From the NCBI RefSeq assembly GCF_035285525.1, contig NZ_JAYKGW010000005.1, positions 1 to 32,000 on the forward strand: a stretch of 32,000 nucleotides of DNA. The letters are read 5' to 3'. Made by a program: the position numbers and the translations under genes. The DNA is from Okeania sp. (GTDB taxonomy: Bacteria > Cyanobacteriota > Cyanobacteriia > Cyanobacteriales > Microcoleaceae). The first letter of the stretch is position 1. Each line of letters opens with the position of its first letter. Below are positions 17,575 to 24,434 of the stretch, in pieces. The notes under the pieces are model-generated. The model had not been told where the DNA came from and made no database searches. It worked only from the letters and a program-made list of their open reading frames with translations.

Positions 17575-19845
17575 TTACATTCCGACTGCATCCCAAGCTG
17601 TACCTAGATTTGCCAGATCAACACTACTGTCTAATGTACCGTCATCATCCATGAACCAAATTTGGTTAGCTCCATTGTTTCCATTGCGCCACAATATATC
17701 TGCTATTCCATCATTATTGTAATCGGCAACTCCAGCGACATCCCAAGCTTTAGTTTGCTTTCCTGGATTAGCTGTATAGCTTGTTTTCCCGTCATCATCC
17801 ATGAACCAAATCTCGTTAGCTCCGGTTTTTCCATTGCGCCAGAGAATGTCTGCTACTCCATCATCATTAAAATCCTCTACTCCAGCGACATCCCAAGCTT
17901 TACTTTGCTTTCCTGGATTAGCTGTATAGCTCTTTTTGCCATCATCATCCATGAACCAAATTTGATTAGCTCCTTTCTTGCCATTTCGCCAGAGAATATC
18001 TGGTACTCCATCATTATTAAAATCCTCTACTCCAGCGACATCCCAAGCTTTACTTTGTTTTCCTGGATTAGCTGTATAGCTCTTTTTCCCGTCATCATCC
18101 ATGAACCAAATCTGGTTAGTTCCTTTCTTGCCATTACGCCAGAGAATGTCTGCTACTCCATCATCATTAAAATCATCAACTCCAGCGACATCCCAAGCTT
18201 TACTTTGTTTTCCTGGATTAGCTGTATAGCTCTTTTTCCCGTCATCATCCATGAACCAAATTTGGTTAGTTCCTTTCTTGCCATTGCGCCAGAGAATGTC
18301 TGCTACTCCATCATTATTAAAATCATCAACTCCAGCGACATCCCAAGCTTTACTTTGCTTTCCTGGATTAGCTGTATCGCTGGTTTCGCCATCATCCAGG
18401 AACCAAATCTCGTTACCTCCGGTTTTTCCATTCCGCCAGAGAATGTCTGCTACTCCATCATCATTAAAATCAAAACGGACTGGTTCGTTACTGACACCGT
18501 TACCGCGAGTTATTGTGCTGCCAAATAAGTCATCGTTGTCTTGGTCATCCCCTGATGCAATGTTGTCTGGAGCAGAACCATTTTTGTCAGCATCAACAGC
18601 ATTATTAGAAGAGAATGTAGTAGCCTCATCAATAGTAACAGTAGGCAGAGAAGTTGGCATTCCTTGGTCGCTACCATCCGGGTTTTCATCAGTGAGTTTC
18701 ATAGCAAATATTGCACCACCGAGACCTTCTCCATTGCTTACACCAGAGCCACCATTTGCCTTATTATTACTCAAGGTACTTTGGGAAATATTTAGACTGC
18801 CGGAACGGATGAATACAGCTCCACCCAGTCCATCGCCACCGGAGCCACCATAGGTAGTGTAGCCACTGGAGTTACCACCATTGCCACCGCCGTAGCCACC
18901 ATAGCCTCCAACGCCAACACCATCGTAGCTACCTGAGCCTCCGAAGCCACCGCCTCCGCCACCACCAAAGCCACCGTCGCCACCGGAACCACTGCCACCG
19001 TAGCCACTGTATTCACCGTAGTAATAGCCGTAGTAGTAGTAACCGTAATAGCTGTAATAGCCGCCGTAATAGCCGAAGTCGTAGCCACCGTAGCCACCAA
19101 AGCCACGGCCTCCGCCACCACCAAAGCCACCGTCGCCACCGTAGCCACTGCCACCGTAGGTGTAGCCACCGTCGCCGATGCCACCCGTACCGTCGCCACC
19201 GTCGCCTCCGAAGCCACCGGAACCACCGAAGCCACTGCCAGCCAAGCCGTAGTAGCCGCCGTAGCTGCTACCTACACCCTTACCACCGTTGCCAAGGAAG
19301 CCACCGTCGCCACCATAGCCATCACCGTAATCACTTATATCATCAGCACCATTATTCTCAGACAACCTCGTAGTAAATATACCGCCACCTACATTGCTAG
19401 CAGTCTCATCACCAGAATTTCCACCTATTGCCTGATTTTTACTAAATTTAACATTATCTACAGAAACATTACCATCATAGATAAATAGGGCACCACCCAT
19501 TCCGGCGCCACCGCCTCCTAGCTTACTGTTTCCCCCCTGTGCTTTACCTTTAGTTAGAGTTAAGTTGTTAATATCCACTGTTCCTGACTTGACGAACAAT
19601 GGACGGTATTTATTGTCACCACTAATAGTAGCTGTTTCCACCTTACCTGTCTTTGGATCGTCCCCTGTTATGGCAATATTACTATCAATGAGTTGAATCA
19701 TTTCACCAGATAATGTGACATTCTTCTTGATAACGATAGTATCGTCCCCTGGGCTGTTATTGGCATCCAAAATTGCTTTACTGAGAGTTCCTTTAGTTTT
19801 TCCTGTACCATTATCTTTGGCTTTTGTTACTTGAAATATAGCCAT
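17575..19845 (-). CDS. Large chimeric repeat protein with an N-terminal PMP-like beta-helix, an internal Gly/Tyr tract and C-terminal FG-GAP/VCBS-type repeats
   Basis: I place the start at MAIFQVTKAKDNGTGK (ATG at 19845, GGAG ending 11 nt upstream of it) rather than at 20145. The start region MAIFQVTKAKDNGTGKTKGTLSKAILDAN and the GGA[LVI]F...F/LSxN units indicate a beta-helix. Six 50-aa D-x-N-x-DG-x-x-DILWRN repeats are FG-GAP/VCBS-like. Confidence 0.85.
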   Translation of the reverse strand: MAIFQVTKAKDNGTGKTKGTLSKAILDANNSPGDDTIVIKKNVTLSGEMIQLIDSNIAITGDDPKTGKVETATISGDNKYRPLFVKSGTVDINNLTLTKGKAQGGNSKLGGGGAGMGGALFIYDGNVSVDNVKFSKNQAIGGNSGDETASNVGGGIFTTRLSENNGADDISDYGDGYGGDGGFLGNGGKGVGSSYGGYYGLAGSGFGGSGGFGGDGGDGTGGIGDGGYTYGGSGYGGDGGFGGGGGRGFGGYGGYDFGYYGGYYSYYGYYYYGYYYGEYSGYGGSGSGGDGGFGGGGGGGFGGSGSYDGVGVGGYGGYGGGNGGNSSGYTTYGGSGGDGLGGAVFIRSGSLNISQSTLSNNKANGGSGVSNGEGLGGAIFAMKLTDENPDGSDQGMPTSLPTVTIDEATTFSSNNAVDADKNGSAPDNIASGDDQDNDDLFGSTITRGNGVSNEPVRFDFNDDGVADILWRNGKTGGNEIWFLDDGETSDTANPGKQSKAWDVAGVDDFNNDGVADILWRNGKKGTNQIWFMDDDGKKSYTANPGKQSKAWDVAGVDDFNDDGVADILWRNGKKGTNQIWFMDDDGKKSYTANPGKQSKAWDVAGVEDFNNDGVPDILWRNGKKGANQIWFMDDDGKKSYTANPGKQSKAWDVAGVEDFNDDGVADILWRNGKTGANEIWFMDDDGKTSYTANPGKQTKAWDVAGVADYNNDGIADILWRNGNNGANQIWFMDDDGTLDSSVDLANLGTAWDAVGM
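17578..18474. repeat. Six tandem 150-bp coding repeats, near-identical at the DNA level
   Basis: The landmark (g/a)tcatcatccatgaaccaaat recurs at 17651, 17801, 17951, 18101 and 18251 (exact 150-bp spacing), with a diverged copy near 18399. Confidence 0.9.
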
Positions 19846-20046
19846 TTGTGTTAATTCTCCTGAGTAATTAATTGTTGTACTTAGGGGGACGTTGAAGGTA
19901 ACGTCTCTAGGGGTTTGGTTTCCCAACCCTACGTTTACGTTCTGAAATTTTACTGATGCTAGGGAAGACCTCTCCCCCAACCCCTCTCCTACTTTTGAGA
20001 GGGGAGCAATCTTCTCTTCTCCCTTCCCTAACTCCCCCCTTTCAAA

Positions 20047-20107
20047 GGGGGGTTGGGGGGGATAGTTGTGGGGTTGTGGGGTTGGGGGGAATAGTTGTAG
20101 GGTTGGG
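20047..20107 (+). other. Cluster of G-runs (G6, G7, G4, G4, G6, G3, G3), candidate G-quadruplex or hairpin region
   Basis: ggggggttgggggggatagttgtggggttgtggggttggggggaatagttgtagggttggg lies immediately 3' of the sulfotransferase stop. It is preceded by the hairpins cccctctc/gagagggg (19981-20004) and cccccc/gggggg (20034-20052). Confidence 0.5.
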
Positions 20108-20110
20108 AGG

Positions 20111-20941
20111 TTAACTCTGAAGTAATCCCGGATAGAACAACTCATAATACCATCGGTAATTACTCCTTAGCTCCGCTTCAATCCGCGGTGACACCCAATG
20201 ACGTTCTGGTGCTTTGACCTGAGTATAAGTACGATGAAGATATTTAAACCGATAGAAACTATCCGCCTCCCCTGGTTGTACTACCAAGTTATTCGGATCG
20301 AGTTCATAATTTCCCACCCCCAACCAAGTAAACAAATCTTTCATTGTTGCTACTGGTTCGGACATTAAATGCTCGAATACCAGAAAATACATTCGTTGTT
20401 GGCAAGATTGGTTCATATCTTGTATCCCTTGCAGCGATCGCAATGGTCCGCCCACCACCCCTTTTTTCCCCAGTAAAGCATCAGCACGTCCGTAGGGAGA
20501 CAGAGAAGCCAAGTCATCTGGGAAATCCAACCATACTGTTTTTTGATGTTGGGTTTCAATAGATGCTAAAATTTGTCCTAACTCCCGGACACACACCACC
20601 ATTTTTACATCTGGGTCTAATTCTAAAGCTAATTCTACTTGATTTAACCAACCCCGATGTTTGTCTACTACCATCTGAGAGTCGATTTCCGACCACCATG
20701 CTTTAGCAAAAGCACGACAAGCACATTGTAATCTTGCATATACAGTTTCAAATTCCCCATCTAACTGAGCCAGAAAAAAATTGTTATCACTCAAATGCGC
20801 CCTAATAGCTTGCAGAGTCGGCAACAGGGGTGAACTCATACCATCACAGTAGATTTCTGGGTGTTCTGCCAGGAGTTGACAGGTTAAAGTTGAGCCTGCG
20901 CGGGGCAAACCCGTGACGCAGACTAATTTTCCGTTAAACAT
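20111..20941 (-). CDS. Sulfotransferase family protein (PAPS-dependent)
   Basis: 276 aa with an N-terminal 5'-PSB P-loop-like motif CVTGLPRAGSTL and a 3'-PB-like VVCVRELGQILAS. Confidence 0.85.
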   Translation of the reverse strand: MFNGKLVCVTGLPRAGSTLTCQLLAEHPEIYCDGMSSPLLPTLQAIRAHLSDNNFFLAQLDGEFETVYARLQCACRAFAKAWWSEIDSQMVVDKHRGWLNQVELALELDPDVKMVVCVRELGQILASIETQHQKTVWLDFPDDLASLSPYGRADALLGKKGVVGGPLRSLQGIQDMNQSCQQRMYFLVFEHLMSEPVATMKDLFTWLGVGNYELDPNNLVVQPGEADSFYRFKYLHRTYTQVKAPERHWVSPRIEAELRSNYRWYYELFYPGLLQS

Positions 20942-21294
20942 TAGAGATTTAAGATTGTATATTTTGCAGGTAGTAGATATCGTTAAATCTAGCTAATGTT
21001 TTCTCCGCTGTCAAGTACCATCTCAAAAATTTACATAAATTCATAAATTGTGCATAGTTTCATGTTGTGCATAATTTCTGATAATTTAGTCATCTTCAGA
21101 TGACTTCAGCTATGAGCCAAGGATTTTAATCCTTGAGGAGTCATCGGGTATTTATTTCTACTTTTAGATTCTCATTACCAAAATTATGCCAACCAAATAA
21201 GAAACCGGGTTGATCATCATAATTTTTGGTATTCAAACCAACAAATTTCCTTAATCAACCCGGTTTCTGCGTAGGTCTCCATCGAGCTAGTCGT

Positions 21295-21425
21295 TATATC
21301 AAATCCGCTGGCTTTGGAGAATAAAATTATAGCATCAGAAAAGATCGAAAAGCCCAGTATGTAGAGGCTTTGGAGACCAAACCCCTACTGCGAGCGAATT
21401 ATAGCGATACTACCGGATTTGATAT
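21295..21425. mobile_element. MITE-like element with TATATCAAATCCG / CGGATTTGATATT termini
   Basis: The termini are reverse complements. The core contains ggagaccaaacccctac. Related partial copies lie at 17271-17408 and 13962-14030. Confidence 0.65.
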
Positions 21426-21443
21426 TACCCATGTTTTCTGGAA

Positions 21444-22244
21444 TTAAACAGAATCCGGATCTAATCCTAACTCTTTTAGTTTAGCAGCCAGACGTTCGGC
21501 AAGTTGACGCTCTTGTTGAGCAATTTGCTGTTGTTGGTCAGCTCGTTGACGCTCTTGTTGAGCAAGTTGCTGTTGTTGGTCAGCCCGTTGATGCTCTCGT
21601 TCGGCAGCGGTTAATACTAAGTTTCCTTGGGAATCATAAAATCTTAACCATACTCCTGACTCTTGCAGAATATTTCCTTCCCAAGTACCTAACCATAACC
21701 CTAATTGATCGCACCACAACCATCCTCGTTCATTAGGTTGTAAATCTTGATATTGCTTATTTTGCAGATGCCATCCCTGTAACGAACTCGGTTCAAATGG
21801 ATTAAAGATAAAATAATTTTGGGTATGGAATGTTCGCTCATAAATATCCTTTTTTTCGCCAATATCTACACTAGCAGTCGAAGGAGACGTGAGTTCAACT
21901 ATCACATCTGGATAACGCCCTTGTTCTTGCCAAACTACCCATCCTTGACGATCTGTTTTGCCATCAACATCCAAGACCACAAAGAAATCAGGGCCTTTGA
22001 AGTCACGATTTTTGGCTTGAGTGCTACTGTAATAAATAAACATATTGCCACCCGCAAAAAAATCGTTACGGTCTGACCAATGTTGATATAATGAATCTAT
22101 CAGAAGATTCATGGCAATACGGTGACGGTTGCTTTCCAAGGTTTCTCCATCATCAAAGATTAAGTCTGTAGGTGGCATCGGTGGTTCCCACTCTGGAGTG
22201 ACCTCGGTGAGTGACTCGGCTTTGGGAGATGTTTCTGTAATCAT
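21444..22244 (-). CDS. Uma2 family (DUF820) putative endonuclease with a C-terminal Q-rich repeat tail
   Basis: 266 aa. PDFFVVLDV...PDVIVELTSPSTASVDIGEKKDIYE...NYFIFNP is the PD-(D/E)xK-like Uma2 core. The tail has two 14-aa repeats, QRADQQQQ(L/I)AQQER, from a 42-bp tandem repeat near 21500-21600. Confidence 0.88.
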   Translation of the reverse strand: MITETSPKAESLTEVTPEWEPPMPPTDLIFDDGETLESNRHRIAMNLLIDSLYQHWSDRNDFFAGGNMFIYYSSTQAKNRDFKGPDFFVVLDVDGKTDRQGWVVWQEQGRYPDVIVELTSPSTASVDIGEKKDIYERTFHTQNYFIFNPFEPSSLQGWHLQNKQYQDLQPNERGWLWCDQLGLWLGTWEGNILQESGVWLRFYDSQGNLVLTAAEREHQRADQQQQLAQQERQRADQQQQIAQQERQLAERLAAKLKELGLDPDSV

Positions 22245-22382
22245 TTTTAGCCGCCCATTTTAGGTTTTCATCTTTTAATGTAGCATGAATTGAATAGTTA
22301 GGGAGGAGTCAGGAGTCAACCCACCCCTAACCCTTTCTAGGAGGAGAAGCGATCGCTAGCTTGCTTAAAGTCCTGAAGTGTT

Positions 22383-23222
22383 CTAGGTTGTGTTGTAGTG
22401 GTAGTAATCATTAGCTTCTTCGTTAGCTTTTTCTATACGGTTTATGACTTCCCGTTCCCATTTGACATATTCTTCTGGAGTTTGAAGAGTTCGATAAACC
22501 TTCTTCTTCTCGTCTTTAGTCTCTGAATCTATTTCTTCTGCTGTTGTAGCTGGAGAACTTTCTACATACTCTCTTACTAAACTTTCTAGCAGTTTTACTC
22601 CATTATGTTCTTCAATAGCTGCCTTCTCAGCGAACTTATTCCATAAATCCCAAGGCAATGGAACCTTTGTAGTTTTCTTCTCGTGATTAGGATTCACCAA
22701 AGAATCTATTATCTCAGTCGTGATTTTCTTCTTAGTTGCTTTGGCATAATCTATGACCCACTCCCAACTTCCTATAATGTCTGGAAGACCTTCTTTAGTT
22801 TTCTTGAAAGTTGAAGCTAAAGCAGAACATTGACTAACGTTAGATGGGATGTTTTTAAACCCATGACATAGTAGTTCCCAACCAATCCTAGCAGCTTTAA
22901 TGACGTGCTGAACATACCTCCAACTCTTAGGATAATGTTCTCTGCAGTAAGTCCGAAAATTCCATTTTTTGCCCTTAGTTTCTTCAAAACGAGTATCAAG
23001 TTGAAGTTGTGCAAGCAAATACCCCTCAATAAGATAAGAGTGGGCAGCAGCAAACATCATGGACTGAATGTCCTGGAAACTATCCTTTAAAGAAAAACTA
23101 GGTGTATTTGTTTTTCGGTAAATATCAACCAGCGATTTAGTCCAGGTAGGAAAGCGATCGAGAGTTTCTTTTCCTGGATCTGGAAAGTAGATGGAATTTG
23201 GTTTAACTAAATTTTTGTTCAT
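22383..23222 (-). CDS. Hypothetical protein (orphan)
   Basis: 279-aa ORF with coding-like composition and a K/E-rich C-terminus. I recognised no family motif. Confidence 0.55.
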   Translation of the reverse strand: MNKNLVKPNSIYFPDPGKETLDRFPTWTKSLVDIYRKTNTPSFSLKDSFQDIQSMMFAAAHSYLIEGYLLAQLQLDTRFEETKGKKWNFRTYCREHYPKSWRYVQHVIKAARIGWELLCHGFKNIPSNVSQCSALASTFKKTKEGLPDIIGSWEWVIDYAKATKKKITTEIIDSLVNPNHEKKTTKVPLPWDLWNKFAEKAAIEEHNGVKLLESLVREYVESSPATTAEEIDSETKDEKKKVYRTLQTPEEYVKWEREVINRIEKANEEANDYYHYNTT

Positions 23223-23266
23223 AACACATAAGCTTCAAGGAAAACAGTCTATGTGCAACATTTAAC

Positions 23267-23404
23267 CTACTCAAAGCTATTCACCTTGAATCTGTAAGCA
23301 TCACCAGTTAAAGTGATGGCTGTTGCCTGCAAAGCTCGTAGCATAATTTTACGAGCGCCGTTCCAATCCCGGTGTGCAGTATATCCGCACTCAGAGAGTT
23401 GGGA
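23267..23404 (-). pseudogene. tnpB: C-terminal relic of a TnpB-type (IS200/IS605-IS607 accessory, RNA-guided nuclease) gene
   Basis: The minus-strand translation is SQLSECGYTAHRDWNGARKIMLRALQATAITLTGDAYRFKVNSFE*, with an in-frame TAG immediately upstream. C-x-x-CG...HRD-x-NGA-x-x-I matches the zinc-finger/RuvC-III end of TnpB proteins. Confidence 0.55.
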
Positions 23405-23626
23405 CTAAAAATCTAGACTGCTGGTAAGAAATTTTTCAGTTCAAAATGGCTTTTATCAAGATTTGGAATCTACAAAATATAGTAATGACTGTCTTTGGCC
23501 TCACCCCCTTTTTAATTAAACGCTTGTTATTTGATTTTTATATCTTACAGGCGTTTTATGAATATGTCAAGGGGTTCGATTAAAATAATTCTACGAACGT
23601 ACAAATGGACAACATAGGACAGAATA

Positions 23627-23980
23627 ATGGCTGGAAAACCTTTAAGAGATGAGAAAAAGACAGGTCTGCACTTGACAGTAACTCCTACAACGAAACGAAC
23701 TTTAAAACAGATAGGGAAGTCGTTGGGAATGAGTCAAAGCGAACTTGTGGAGACGTGGGCTGCGGAAGCTCGCAAATCAAGCGAACCAAAAACTACTGGG
23801 AAAATTCTTGAGCGCTTAAAAGCACTAGAAAAATCACACTTGGATTATGTGGGAACTCAGGGCAAAAGACTAGAAAAGCTGTTAGCCGAAAATCATGAAC
23901 ATAAAACCAAGATCAAGAAAGAAATACGGTTTTTAGAAGAAGAGATACAGGCGCTTATTCTTGAATCGTCTGAATCTTAA
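23627..23980 (+). CDS. Hypothetical protein, possible ribbon-helix-helix DNA binder with a coiled-coil tail
   Basis: 117 aa. LHLTVTPTTKRTLKQIGKSLGMSQSELVETWA has a strand-helix-helix pattern, followed by heptad-like LEKLLAENHEHKTKIKKEIRFLEEEIQAL. Confidence 0.45.
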   Translation: MAGKPLRDEKKTGLHLTVTPTTKRTLKQIGKSLGMSQSELVETWAAEARKSSEPKTTGKILERLKALEKSHLDYVGTQGKRLEKLLAENHEHKTKIKKEIRFLEEEIQALILESSES

Positions 23981-24011
23981 ACCCATATAGAAGAAAAATA
24001 AACCCAGGAGG

Positions 24012-24038
24012 CCATCCACAGAAATGTGGATGGATTTT
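24012..24038 (+). terminator. Rho-independent terminator candidate
   Basis: ccatccaca-gaaa-tgtggatgg (9-bp stem, 4-nt loop) followed by atttt, 32 nt after the stop of the 117-aa gene. Confidence 0.55.
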
Positions 24039-24434
24039 CATGGCATTAAAAATCCTACTTAAGTAATATTGCCGAAGTCAGAAGTAGGGGAGAAAGATTG
24101 TTGTTTAGTTTCGTTATGCCTATTAATCCGTGTATCCATGGCATAATCCCTGTGAGCGCCTCAAATCAGCTATTACAGGCAAGATGCCTCTGCTACAAAA
24201 ATAAACCGCTATAATAATCCTACTTACTGTTCATCGCCAATGATGAATTTTGCATCTAGTTATTTTAACTTGGATGCCGTTTTTTATTTTCAAAGATTTA
24301 CACTTAGGGCTGACGGAGGCGAACCCAGAAACCCGGTTTCTCCTAAGTGTTTATTGTTAAAAACAATGATTTATTGTACAAACCGGGTTTCTTTGCATAA
24401 ATTCAGAATATAACCTTTTTTACAAATTTTTAAG

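Noticed and set aside
17662-18853. Long plus-strand ORFs (17662..18528 and 18251..18853) opposite the FG-GAP repeats, and the minus-strand alternative-frame ORF 18792..19235 (V/A/T-rich).
   Set aside because: They are kept open only because the 150-bp tandem repeat and the GGN/TAY low-complexity tract lack stops in other frames. Their products are periodic nonsense with no motifs.
19846-20145. The N-terminal 100 codons of the ORF-track call 17575..20145 (MSCSIRDYFRVNLPTLQLFPPTPQPHNYPP...).
   Set aside because: This stretch is translated from G-run and hairpin repeat DNA and overlaps the 3' end of the sulfotransferase gene. It also lacks a ribosome-binding site. An internal ATG at 19845 has a GGAG upstream and starts the recognisable beta-helix domain.
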